Position numbers and translations under genes: made by a program | The notes under the pieces: generated by a model | Told to the model about the DNA's origin: nothing | Databases searched by the model: none | Seen by the model: the letters and a program-made list of their open reading frames with translations, nothing else | Assembly: GCA_965248575.1 (NCBI GenBank) | Contig: CBDFJQ010000002.1 | Span: 5,184,001-5,248,000, forward strand | Direction: 5' to 3' | From: Planctomycetota bacterium | GTDB lineage: Bacteria; Planctomycetota; B15-G4 | Length of the DNA: 64,000 nt | Part shown: positions 9,736 through 19,195 of the stretch, piece after piece | How positions within the stretch are numbered: position 1 is the stretch's first letter | How the letters are laid out: the number at the start of each line of letters is the position of its first letter

Positions 9736-10529
9736 GGCTTTCGCCTCTGGTGTTGCTTGTGTGCAGTGCCCTTGGATGCGGCACGACCAGGGAGCGAGGG
9801 TACTACGCTCCGCTCGGGGCCGAGCTGACCGACTCGGCCAGTGCGCTTCGTGAGGCGCGAGACGGTCTCCTGATGGACATCCTCTGCCAGGGCATCTATC
9901 TGAACACGGTGGGCGGCCAGCAGCGGCTGACGGCTCACTTCCAGCTCGACATCTCGCGCACCAAGGCCAGCCAGCTCCTGATCCCCGTCGATGGCATGCG
10001 GTTGGACTTCGTGTACCCCGACGCGGGGCAGGCGGGTGAGGGCTCATCCCCTGGAGCTGCACCGGCCCTCGATGGGGGTGAGAGTCTGCCACCTCTCGAG
10101 GCGGATGGTGAGGATGTCGGATCGGCCGTGACTTCGAGGCAGGCTGGGCCAGAGCATCCCCGGGACTTCCGGTTGACGCCGCGCGAGGTCTGGAGCAGGC
10201 GGCATCAGGCGCACCAATCCGTCCTGGTGAACCCCTGGAGCAACAAGAGCCTGGACGTGTTCTTCGACCTGGAAGACATCGAGGCACCGCTGCCCTCGAT
10301 CCTCCGTCTTCGACTGCGAGCCGAGTCCGAGGGGGGCTGGGTCCACGTGGACTGCCAGTTTGCCCGCATCTACGAGGACGAGGGCGAGGAACCGGCGGGG
10401 CTGCCCACATCCGACAAGCAGTTCGGTGTGCGCAACGGCTACTATTTTCCTGGTTACGGAGCCCTCGGAAAGCGCGGGCTACGCGACTCCGTCGAGGCTC
10501 GGCGGCATTATCTCTTCCACGCTCCCTGA
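9714..10529 (+). CDS. Hypothetical lipoprotein
   Basis: ATG 9714 with upstream GAAGAGG; signal ending ...CSALGC; co-directional with the next gene (12-bp gap). Confidence 0.6.
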   Translation: MTVRCFARLSPLVLLVCSALGCGTTRERGYYAPLGAELTDSASALREARDGLLMDILCQGIYLNTVGGQQRLTAHFQLDISRTKASQLLIPVDGMRLDFVYPDAGQAGEGSSPGAAPALDGGESLPPLEADGEDVGSAVTSRQAGPEHPRDFRLTPREVWSRRHQAHQSVLVNPWSNKSLDVFFDLEDIEAPLPSILRLRLRAESEGGWVHVDCQFARIYEDEGEEPAGLPTSDKQFGVRNGYYFPGYGALGKRGLRDSVEARRHYLFHAP

Positions 10530-10541
10530 CGCCCTGCTTCC

Positions 10542-12425
10542 GTGCGCATCGCCATCTTCCTGGGACTGATCGTGCTCAGCATCGCTTCGGCGGCGCTGTT
10601 CCTGAACGCGTCCCTCTCGGATTTCATCCGGGATCAGATCGATGTCGTCGGCCTGGGCGATGTGGTGCACTTCAAGGAGCTGCGCGCATCGTCCAAGAAC
10701 TCGGCCCGTGCACGGGGAGCCACCCTGACAGACCCGGAGACGGGCCGAGTCGTGGCTCATGTCGATCGTGTGGACGTGCGCTTGGATGTGCCCTGGAACA
10801 ACGGCCCTGACGTGCGCCTTGCCTCCATCAAAGGCAGCGGGGGGCGCGTCCTCTTGCGCTACGAGGAAGGAGACCTCGGGGTCGTCAGGGCGATCGGTGC
10901 CCTGGTCGACGGCATCTTCGCGCTGATCGAATCGCTTCAATCGGACGAGCCTGAACCCGATCAGGAATCCGCCCCGTATCCGGAGTTGCTGTTCGAAGAC
11001 CTGGAGCTCGTGGTTTTCAGCGAGGGTTATCCGCTGCAGCGCTATTCCAACTCGACGGTGAGCATTTTCGAGACCCCTGAGTTGGGTGTGGATGTGGTGC
11101 TCACGACAGGGCTCGATGGGGGCACCCTGGAGTTGCATTTCGGCGAGGCAGGCTTCCTGGGTTTCGAAACACGTGGCCTGCGGGTCAGCCCGGCAGTGAA
11201 CTCGTTGGACCCCATGAGCCAGGACATCCTGGCGAGCGGCTTCGAGGCTTCGGGCTTCCTGGACTCGCTGGTAGACCTCGTGGAAGAGCGGGCGTACGGC
11301 ACCTTGCGTGAAGCCTACGTGGTCACCACCTATGTGCCTTTCATCCTGGGGCCGGCCACGATCCCCTTCGACGTCGACAAGGACGGTGTGCTGCGTATCG
11401 AGAAGGCACGCATGGGTTTCCAGCCAGCGGAGGGTGTCGACACGGGCGAAGAAGTCAGGCGCGATGTGCAGCTGTCCATCGAAGCCCGGCAACACGACGC
11501 GCTGATCCTGGTGGATGTGGACGGCGCGGAGTTCGAAGAGAAGTTCCTGCAGCTGATTCCCGGTTACGAGGAATGGGAGGGTGTTCGTTGCTCGGACGCC
11601 GGAAGCTTCGAATGCCACATGCAGCTAGCGCTCAACGACATCACCGGTGAGGTGGAGTCGCTCGTGACAGGCGATGGCGGGCTCCACATCGAACGCGTGG
11701 ACATCGACGATGGTGGGCTCGTGCTGGAAGATGTCGTGGGGCGGTTCGAGGTCACGGAGCAGCAGGTGCTCAGCTTCCCCGAGATCAGCGCCCGGGTGTG
11801 TGGGGGGCGGGTGCGTGTGTCCGGGACGCTTGACCTCCTGACGGATGAGTTCCGCGTGTCCGTGTCCGTCGAGGACATCGATGCCGGGCAATTGCATCAC
11901 TGGCGGCAGAGGGAGACCGGGCGAGTTGACGAGATCGCCGGCTGGCTTCAGGGCCGGATCCAGGGGCAAGGCACGCTGCACCAACCGGAGACCTTCGTCG
12001 CGGACGGCCAGATCTCGGTGCGCGCCGGCAACTTCTGGGACACGCCGGCCTTCGAACAGATCCTGAAGGTGCTGACGCTGTCCCAGAACGTCGACGCACA
12101 CCAGCGGGTTCAGGCGGACTTCACCCTGCGCGACAAGGTGTTCCGGGTCCAACCGCTGGACATCCAGTCGGATGTGCTGTCCCTCACGGGGGGCGGCAGC
12201 ATCCGGTTCAACGGGCGCATGAACTTCGAGCTGCGCCCGGCTCCCGTGGGCTTCGGAATGGTGGGTGAGGTCCTGGATACCCTCAAGGAAGAGCTGCTGG
12301 TGAAGCTCGAGGTTCGGGGCACGGTGAACGACGCCCGGGTCACGGCCATCCCGCTGAACATCGTCGCGAGGCCGTTCAGGAGCTTCTGGAACTTCCTTTT
12401 TGGCGGCGAATCGAGCGACGGCTGA
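10542..12425 (+). CDS. AsmA-like (repeating beta-groove) envelope protein
   Basis: N-terminal TM, long beta-rich body, C-terminal LSLTGGGSIRFNGRMNF...LEVRGTVND typical of AsmA C-termini. Confidence 0.6.
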   Translation: MRIAIFLGLIVLSIASAALFLNASLSDFIRDQIDVVGLGDVVHFKELRASSKNSARARGATLTDPETGRVVAHVDRVDVRLDVPWNNGPDVRLASIKGSGGRVLLRYEEGDLGVVRAIGALVDGIFALIESLQSDEPEPDQESAPYPELLFEDLELVVFSEGYPLQRYSNSTVSIFETPELGVDVVLTTGLDGGTLELHFGEAGFLGFETRGLRVSPAVNSLDPMSQDILASGFEASGFLDSLVDLVEERAYGTLREAYVVTTYVPFILGPATIPFDVDKDGVLRIEKARMGFQPAEGVDTGEEVRRDVQLSIEARQHDALILVDVDGAEFEEKFLQLIPGYEEWEGVRCSDAGSFECHMQLALNDITGEVESLVTGDGGLHIERVDIDDGGLVLEDVVGRFEVTEQQVLSFPEISARVCGGRVRVSGTLDLLTDEFRVSVSVEDIDAGQLHHWRQRETGRVDEIAGWLQGRIQGQGTLHQPETFVADGQISVRAGNFWDTPAFEQILKVLTLSQNVDAHQRVQADFTLRDKVFRVQPLDIQSDVLSLTGGGSIRFNGRMNFELRPAPVGFGMVGEVLDTLKEELLVKLEVRGTVNDARVTAIPLNIVARPFRSFWNFLFGGESSDG

Positions 12426-12537
12426 GGGGCGACCGGAGGCCCTGGGGCACGCTGTCGAGAGGGGGTTCCGAGCCGTTCTCGAAGGTTGACCTCAGCGGCT
12501 GGTCCCCGCAGCGTCACAGACGGACCTCCAACGCCGG

Positions 12538-12567
12538 TTGGCTCGGAACAGGGCATCCTGTTAGAAT
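12538..12567 (+). promoter_or_regulatory. Candidate sigma70 promoter for the arsC-like gene
   Basis: TTGGCT (12538-43), 18-bp spacer, extended -10 TGnTAGAAT (12559-67), about 50 bp before the ATG at 12618. Confidence 0.4.
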
Positions 12568-12617
12568 GCTCCGCTTATGTTGGACCCGCAATTGGGTGAG
12601 AATCGGAGACGTCCTCG

Positions 12618-13034
12618 ATGGCCAAACCTAAGAATTTCCTGTTCATCTGCCGTGGAAACGAATCTCGCAGCCAAATGGCCGAGGGTTTCGCCCGGAAGAT
12701 GGCTGGAGGCAACATCAAGGTCTACAGCGCTGGGGAGAAGCCTGGCGACATGAACGCCCATGCCGTGGACGTCATGGAAGAGGTCGGGATCGACATCTCC
12801 AATCAGGAGTCCCTGGCGTTCGATGGTGTGCCGGTCAACAAGATCGACACCGTCATCACGCTCAGCTCGGATTCGGACCCCCTGCCCAAGAATCTGCGCA
12901 AGAAGGCCACCCAGATTCACTGGCCCCTCACCGATCCGGCCGCCACGAGTGGCAGCGATGCCGAGGTGAAGAAGGCTTTCCGCTCCGTTCGCGACGAGAT
13001 TCGCAACCGGGTGGAAGTCCTGCTGGTGGGCTGA
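12618..13034 (+). CDS. arsC: LMW-PTP/ArsC-family protein
   Basis: P-loop LFICRGNESRSQMAEG, YSAG, M.EVGIDIS, HW..TDPA, FR.VRDEI; lacks the resolving cysteines. Confidence 0.8.
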   Translation: MAKPKNFLFICRGNESRSQMAEGFARKMAGGNIKVYSAGEKPGDMNAHAVDVMEEVGIDISNQESLAFDGVPVNKIDTVITLSSDSDPLPKNLRKKATQIHWPLTDPAATSGSDAEVKKAFRSVRDEIRNRVEVLLVG

Positions 13035-13039
13035 ACCTT

Positions 13040-13054
13040 CGGCCCCACGGGCCG
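13040..13054. terminator. Small GC hairpin between convergent genes
   Basis: CGGCCC-CAC-GGGCCG; no U-tract. Confidence 0.3.
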
Positions 13055-13057
13055 TGC

Positions 13058-13714
13058 CTACTCTTGCTCTCGGACCTGTGCGCGACGGGCCAATTCCTGG
13101 AGCGCCTCATCGAGATCTCCCGGGACATCGATGTCGCGTGTGATCCAAGGATCCTCCAGGACCACATGCCCGACTCGCGTCGGGTCGGATCGAATCACCG
13201 CATGGGCTGGCGCGCCCTGCGGGAGCGCCAGGAACTCGGCGACCAGGGCGGCGTGGTGGAGGCACGGGTGGCCGCGGCGACCGGCGACGCTGGGTGCGAG
13301 GATGTCCGTGCCCTCGGGGCGAGAGACCCAGGCTTCCAGCAAGCACTTCATGACGGTCACATCCACCAGGGGATGGTCGACGGTGTGGAGCAGGAAGTCC
13401 TGCTCGACACCTTCGAGTCCACGTTGCAGGGAGGACGTCTGGCCACGTTCCGCCTCCTCATTGATGACGAGCTCCCAGGAACCAGCTAGTCCCTTGGCGC
13501 TGTCGGACGCAGGGACCCGCTGCTTGCTCGTCTCCAAGATGGCTTCGACCTCACGCGCGATCTTGGACGAGACAACGACGCGTGTGTGTTCGATGCCGGC
13601 CAGGGCCAGGCTCTTGAGGCACAGCTCGGTCGCTGTGAGTTCGCCCAACTGCAGCAGGGCCTTGGGCTGTCCCATGCGCTGGCCCTTGCCGGCGGCCAAC
13701 AGGATGGCGAGCAT
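13058..13714 (-). CDS. MocA/MobA-like nucleotidyltransferase
   Basis: LLAAGKGQRMGQPKALL, VDHP, RGHP, DIDVPGD. Confidence 0.85.
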   Translation of the reverse strand: MLAILLAAGKGQRMGQPKALLQLGELTATELCLKSLALAGIEHTRVVVSSKIAREVEAILETSKQRVPASDSAKGLAGSWELVINEEAERGQTSSLQRGLEGVEQDFLLHTVDHPLVDVTVMKCLLEAWVSRPEGTDILAPSVAGRRGHPCLHHAALVAEFLALPQGAPAHAVIRSDPTRVGHVVLEDPWITRDIDVPGDLDEALQELARRAQVREQE

Positions 13715-13783
13715 TCATCGACTCCAAGGGCGGCGGGGGGCCGGGCGACAGGGTTTCGACCTTAACAGGCTCGGGGGGCGGCC

Positions 13784-15262
13784 ATGACAGCCAAGCAGGG
13801 GCAGCAGGCGGTCCAGGGCGTTGAAGGCAAGACGCTGTCCCGACGCGTTGAACACAACGCGGCGACCCAAATCGTCGGCCGACTCTACACGTCCACGTTG
13901 GCCTTCGTGATCACGGCTGTCGTTTTGCCGCGGCAGCTCGGCGCGCACGACTTCGGCATCTTTGCGTTCTATCTCAGCCTTCATCAGTTGCTCCAGAACG
14001 TCTTCGATTTCGGTGCTTCGACCATCGTCATCCGGGATGCCAGCAAGGATCGGGAGGACGCTGGGCGGCTGATCGGCATGCTCGTGTGCATCAAGGGCGT
14101 CGTCGCATGCCTGGCAATGCTGGCACTGATCGTCGTGGCCTGGGTCTTCGAAGGGCCGGGGAGCCGCTTCTGGTTGTTGGCCCTGGCAGCCATCCCCCTG
14201 CTCTTCCACGCACCGGCTGGTGCAGGTGCCATCTTCAACGTGGACATGACCTTCAAGTGGTCGGTGTTCGCGTCCGTCGCGGGCCAGTCCGGCTGGCTCT
14301 TGGCGACGCTCGGCTTGGCCCTCTCGGGAGTGTCCCGGCCCGCCCCCTACCTGGTGGCCTTCGGGCTCGGGACGGCGCTGAATGGCACACTCAATTACGT
14401 CTGGGGATCCCGCCGCGTCCGCATCCGGTTCGATGCGGGTCGCGCAGCCTTTTCCAAGCTGTGGAAGGAGGCGTGGCCCGCGGGAGTCTCCATGACCATG
14501 GCTTCCGTGTACTTCTTCATCGACACCGCGATGCTGCGACCGATCCTGGGTGAGGTCGCCGTCGCGAAGTACAGCGTGGCCTACCGTTTGATGACGTTCG
14601 TGCTCATGGTCCCGGTGCTGTTCAGCAATGTGCTCTTCCCCGTCTTCGCCCGGCTCTGGGATCTGGGAGCGCCTTCGCTGCGGCCGTTCTTCCAGCGCTC
14701 GCTGCGGGTCTTGGTGGCGCTGGGGCTCACCGTCTTGGCCACGGTCCCCCTGATCAGCCAAGACATCATGCAGGTGGTCTATGAGCCCGAGTACTTCTCC
14801 AGCGCAGGCGCGCTCGTCATCTTGTGTTGCGCGATTGCCGCCGTGTTCGCTGCCTATCCCCACGTGCTGCTACTGCTCGCCTCCGGCCATCAGCGCGTGA
14901 TGATGGTCATCTCCACCCTGGGAGCCGCACTGAACATCGGCATGAACCTGTGGGCGATCCCGCGCTACGGGATCGAAGGGGCGGCGTGGACCACCGTGGC
15001 GACCGAGGGCTTCATCTTGTTGGCCGCTGCGCTTTGCGGTTGGAAACTGACGCGTGTGGCGCTGGATGTCCGCAGTCTCGGGCGCCCGCTCCTGTGTGCG
15101 GCTGGAGCAGGGGGCTTGCTGTGGGTGGGGCTGAACCTCCTGCCTGCGGATGCGGCCATGTTGCGGGTCGGTGTCGGGGTGGTGGTAGCAGGCCTGTGTG
15201 TGTTCGCCTCCGGCATCTTTCCCATGGACCTCGGCACAGAGGAGGGAGCACCCCATGCCTGA
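13784..15262 (+). CDS. Wzx-like oligosaccharide flippase (MOP superfamily)
   Basis: About 13-14 TM segments; RQLG..DFG, IDT.ML, YSVAYRL, IPRYGIEGAAW. Confidence 0.88.
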   Translation: MTAKQGQQAVQGVEGKTLSRRVEHNAATQIVGRLYTSTLAFVITAVVLPRQLGAHDFGIFAFYLSLHQLLQNVFDFGASTIVIRDASKDREDAGRLIGMLVCIKGVVACLAMLALIVVAWVFEGPGSRFWLLALAAIPLLFHAPAGAGAIFNVDMTFKWSVFASVAGQSGWLLATLGLALSGVSRPAPYLVAFGLGTALNGTLNYVWGSRRVRIRFDAGRAAFSKLWKEAWPAGVSMTMASVYFFIDTAMLRPILGEVAVAKYSVAYRLMTFVLMVPVLFSNVLFPVFARLWDLGAPSLRPFFQRSLRVLVALGLTVLATVPLISQDIMQVVYEPEYFSSAGALVILCCAIAAVFAAYPHVLLLLASGHQRVMMVISTLGAALNIGMNLWAIPRYGIEGAAWTTVATEGFILLAAALCGWKLTRVALDVRSLGRPLLCAAGAGGLLWVGLNLLPADAAMLRVGVGVVVAGLCVFASGIFPMDLGTEEGAPHA

Positions 15263-16409
15263 ACTGACGTTAGGCGTCGACGCGCGCCCGGCTCTGTTCG
15301 GGCGAACTGGATTTGGGCGGGTTGTCCGGGAGAGCATCAGGGCCTTGAGGGAACGCGACGACGTGCGCGTGCGGGCCTATGGCGCGGCATGGCGTCGGGC
15401 ACGTCCTGATTCACCCATGGCCGATGTCTGTGCCCCGCGCTGGCCTGGGCGACTGCAACATCTCCTGGCCCCCGTTGGCTTTGGTGTGGAGTCGGTGCTG
15501 GGCAAGCTCGACATCTATCACCACACGGATCTGGTGTTCGCCCCCGTGCGGCGCACGCCAGAGGTCTTGACCATCTACGACCTCGTGTTCCTGCAGGATC
15601 AACGGTGGCACAAACCCGGCTTCGGCCGGGCAGTCATGAAGCGGCTGTCACCGCGAGCCGCTCGTGCCCGTCAGATCGTGGTGCCTTGCCAGCGCGTTGC
15701 GGACGATGTCGTGCGTCACGGCCTGGCGCCGGCGTCGCGTGTGCAGGTGGCTTGCTTGGGTGCGGACCACATGAATCCAGCCCCGGACCCCGCCGACGCA
15801 GCGCGCGTCGCGCGTGTCTTGAGACGTTCCGGCTTGGGAGCCCGCCGCGAGACCCCGCTGGTGCTGCTGCCCGGCACCCGTGAACCCCGCAAGAATCAAG
15901 CTGCCGTCCTGGATGCCTTCCTGCGTGGTGAGGGTGGGTCGGCAGCCGACCTGCTGTTCGTGGGAGCACCGGGCTGGGGTTGCGCCGAGCTGGAGCAACG
16001 TTTGCTGCGCCTTGTCGGCAGCGAGGCGGGGCAGGGGATGTCGACGCGCCGCGTAGGAGTGGCTGGCGAGGTGACTGAGCTGGAGCTCGAGGCGCTCTAC
16101 AAGGCCTGCGATCTGGTGGTCTACCCTTCGCTCGCCGAGGGCTTCGGACTGCCCGTGGCCGAGGCCATGGCGTGCGGGCGGGCGGTGCTGACCTCTCGCG
16201 GGACTCCGATGGCTGACTTCGGTGGAGACGCCGTGGAGGCCGTCGATCCCAGGGATGTCGTGGCCTTGGAGCGTGCGTTGAATGGCCTGCTCGAGTCGGC
16301 GAGCTGGCGCGCGGAGCTGGGAGCGTCCGCAGCCTCACGCATCGCGCCTTGCACCTGGGAGTCTCACACTCAGGTCTTGGTCGACGTCTATCGTTCAGCT
16401 CTTTCGTAG
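15255..16409 (+). CDS. Glycosyltransferase family 4
   Basis: TGFGR, TIYDL, EPRKN, YPSLAEGFGLPVAEAMACG; GGAGG upstream of ATG 15255. Confidence 0.9.
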   Translation: MPELTLGVDARPALFGRTGFGRVVRESIRALRERDDVRVRAYGAAWRRARPDSPMADVCAPRWPGRLQHLLAPVGFGVESVLGKLDIYHHTDLVFAPVRRTPEVLTIYDLVFLQDQRWHKPGFGRAVMKRLSPRAARARQIVVPCQRVADDVVRHGLAPASRVQVACLGADHMNPAPDPADAARVARVLRRSGLGARRETPLVLLPGTREPRKNQAAVLDAFLRGEGGSAADLLFVGAPGWGCAELEQRLLRLVGSEAGQGMSTRRVGVAGEVTELELEALYKACDLVVYPSLAEGFGLPVAEAMACGRAVLTSRGTPMADFGGDAVEAVDPRDVVALERALNGLLESASWRAELGASAASRIAPCTWESHTQVLVDVYRSALS

Positions 16410-16421
16410 ACTCTCCGTTCC

Positions 16422-19190
16422 ATGCGCATGCTCAACACCCACTTCGCAATTGCCCCATGGCTGTCAGGCCTTGTCTTGCTGGTCTCCTTGCTGGGCTGTT
16501 CGCCGGATTCCGATGAGGGCGGGGCGGGGGGCGGCTCCGGGGCGGCGCCTGGCAAGGAGACGGTCGCCCCCGGCGCGCACGGTGCTGACACCATGGCGCC
16601 CCTGAGCAGTTCGGCAGTCCCCGCCAATCGTTATGCAGAGGACTATCCCAGCCTCGCTGCCCTCAGCAACGCAGATGTCTGGGTGCTTTGCCAAGAGTGG
16701 GACGGTCGGCGGGACACCCTCTCCTTGGGCTTGCTCACGGAGTGGGAGCAAGAAGATCGTCAGCAGCTCTACACCTCGCCGACCCATGTCTTCGGCACGG
16801 CCATGGCGCGCGGGCTGGACGATGTGCTGCACGTCGTCTGGGCCGAGCAGCTGGGTCAGGGTTGGGCTCTGCGTGAACTCGACGTTCAAGCTGGCGCGAC
16901 ACCGGGGGAGCTGGGCGCCGTCTCCGCGCCCCGCACCCTCGTGGCGGCAGACTCCGGAAATTGCAGCGAGCCGCAGCTGGTGTCCGATGAGGACGGTCGG
17001 CTGATGCTGGCCTGGATCGCGGTTCATCCAGGTGGGCTGAGCCTGCGTGCCCAGGCCTACGTGCCCGGCAGCGGGTGGGGCCCGGCCATCGACATCGCGT
17101 CGGGCAGCCTGGATCAGTGGGCACCCGAGTTGATCAACGTGGAGCCAGGTCTCTTCGCCTTGGCCTGGGACGCGGCCCTGGATGGCAACTTCGACATCTA
17201 CCTGGCGCGGCTTTCCGTGCACGAATCCGGAGCTTCCGGGCCACAGGTGGCGATCGACTCAACGCAACGGGTCACGGACAGTCCGCGCTACGAAGCCCAG
17301 CCTGCCCTGGCGGCCGCGGGCGATCGTCTGTACCTGGCGTATGAGGTGGCCGATGAGGGTTGGGGGCGTGAGGGCTCCGTCAACAAGCTCGACGAAGCCC
17401 TGCACATCAGCCGCCGCCTGGAGTTGGTCGCCATCGAGGGAGAGACGCTTGCGCGCTTGGCCGTGCCGTTCATGGAGGGCGTCAGCAAGGGACTGAAGGA
17501 CGGCTGCGAACAACCGCAGTTGCAGGTGGACGGTAACGGGAACCTGGTGCTCTTCTTCCGCGGGCTGACCCTGCCCGACAGCCTGAACAACCCGGACGAC
17601 TCCCAGTTCCAGCAACGCGTCTCCCAGCGGAACGGGGCAGGTGTGGGCTGGAGGACCTCCATCTGGTTCAGCTTCATGAGCCGATTCGACGGCGCGCAGT
17701 GGTTGTTGGAGGGGGTGCACCAGCGGGCGGTTCCCGGGAGCAACGGTCGTGGCGATGCGCCGATCGTGCTGACCCGGCTCAAGCAAGGCGGGACGGCCTA
17801 CGCCGTCGTGGGCGATGCCCGCGAGAGGCAAGCCGTTGAAGCCCAAGGAACCGAAGGCGAGGTGTTCAGCCTCAACTGGTGGGAGCCCATCAGCACCGAA
17901 TCGACGCTGGTGATCACTGGGCGACTTCGCAAGGGCGCTGCGGTGGGCTCGATTCCCCTGGGTCCTGGGCGCCCGATGCCGGAGTGGCCGACGGCATGGG
18001 GCGGCGCCACCGAGCACGTGACGCGTGAACTCGCCGATGGTCGCAGCGTCGAGCTGGCTCTAGGGGATCTCCACCGGCACAGCGATCTGTCTCGCTGCTC
18101 CGGCAACTGGGACGGTCCCATCCTGGAAGCCCTGCGCTACGGATACGCCGTCGGTGGGTTGCAGTTCATGGCTGTGACGGACCACTTTGAACACATGACG
18201 CGCTACGACTGGTGGCGCAGTCTCGCGTTCATGGATCTCTACGATTCTCCTGGCCGATTCGTGAACTTCCGGGCCTACGAACGAGCGGATGCACAGACGG
18301 GTCACCGCAACGTGATCTCCGGCTCGACCATCCTGCCGATGGTGGCGTACCGCAAGGAGTTCCTGGAGGGGCGCGATGACGCCCGCGCCAACTCCCCCGA
18401 CCAACTCTGGCGACACTTCGCAGGTAAAGACCTGTTGACGATCCCTCACACGCCGGCAGGCATGTACGAGCTGAGTGCGTCCGTGTTCGACTGGCTGTCC
18501 TTCAACCCCGAGTACGACCGGGTGGTGGAGATCTTCCAATCGTATCGTGGGGCGTCGGAGGAGTTCGAAGGCCCGCGCGCGATCGCCAGCAGCCACCCGA
18601 CACGCTTCGCCCGCGCGGCCTTGGATGGTGGCCTGCACTTCGGCTTCATTGCGTCGAGCGACCACCAATCCACCTACGGTGCCTTTGCGGGTGCCTGGAC
18701 CACGGGGCTTTCCCGGGGCGAGGTCTTCGAGGCCCTGCACAGTCGTCGCACCTTCGCGTCCACGGCTCGCATGTCCCTCTGGGCCGATTGGGACGGTGTG
18801 GCCATGGGCGAGGTCCAGAAGACCGGCCCGACAGAGAGCGGCCGCTTGTCGCTTGAGGCGCAGGTCTTTGACCGGGAGTTCGCTCTGGCGGAGCTCGTGG
18901 TGGACGGTGTGGTGGTGGAGACGCGCGAGCTTCAGGGGGACCGCGTCGAGCTGGTTTTCGAAGGCGAGGCCCTGGCGGTCCCTGCAACAGGGGCGGCCTA
19001 TGCCTACGTGCGCGTGCGCACCACGGACGGAGAGCTCGGCTGGACGAGCCCGACGCGACGGGGGCCCGATGCCAAAGTGCCGGATGGCCCGCTGGGTGTG
19101 GATGCATTCGACGCAACGACGGGGCCCGCACTGCAGCAGCCGTTCAAATCGTCCGCTCAATGGGGGGGTGGCGCTCCGGACGGGCGCTGA
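16422..19190 (+). CDS. Large lipoprotein with propeller-like N-terminus and PHP/DUF3604-like metallohydrolase domain
   Basis: Lipobox-like LLGC; GDLHRHS, AVTDH, GHRN, IPH, VEIFQ, GFIASSDH metal motifs. Confidence 0.7.
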   Translation: MRMLNTHFAIAPWLSGLVLLVSLLGCSPDSDEGGAGGGSGAAPGKETVAPGAHGADTMAPLSSSAVPANRYAEDYPSLAALSNADVWVLCQEWDGRRDTLSLGLLTEWEQEDRQQLYTSPTHVFGTAMARGLDDVLHVVWAEQLGQGWALRELDVQAGATPGELGAVSAPRTLVAADSGNCSEPQLVSDEDGRLMLAWIAVHPGGLSLRAQAYVPGSGWGPAIDIASGSLDQWAPELINVEPGLFALAWDAALDGNFDIYLARLSVHESGASGPQVAIDSTQRVTDSPRYEAQPALAAAGDRLYLAYEVADEGWGREGSVNKLDEALHISRRLELVAIEGETLARLAVPFMEGVSKGLKDGCEQPQLQVDGNGNLVLFFRGLTLPDSLNNPDDSQFQQRVSQRNGAGVGWRTSIWFSFMSRFDGAQWLLEGVHQRAVPGSNGRGDAPIVLTRLKQGGTAYAVVGDARERQAVEAQGTEGEVFSLNWWEPISTESTLVITGRLRKGAAVGSIPLGPGRPMPEWPTAWGGATEHVTRELADGRSVELALGDLHRHSDLSRCSGNWDGPILEALRYGYAVGGLQFMAVTDHFEHMTRYDWWRSLAFMDLYDSPGRFVNFRAYERADAQTGHRNVISGSTILPMVAYRKEFLEGRDDARANSPDQLWRHFAGKDLLTIPHTPAGMYELSASVFDWLSFNPEYDRVVEIFQSYRGASEEFEGPRAIASSHPTRFARAALDGGLHFGFIASSDHQSTYGAFAGAWTTGLSRGEVFEALHSRRTFASTARMSLWADWDGVAMGEVQKTGPTESGRLSLEAQVFDREFALAELVVDGVVVETRELQGDRVELVFEGEALAVPATGAAYAYVRVRTTDGELGWTSPTRRGPDAKVPDGPLGVDAFDATTGPALQQPFKSSAQWGGGAPDGR

Positions 19191-19195
19191 TCAAC

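Noticed and set aside
9736..10410. Long N-terminal extension of the RimK ORF in the track
   Set aside because: Arg/Pro-rich low-information sequence antisense to the lipoprotein gene.
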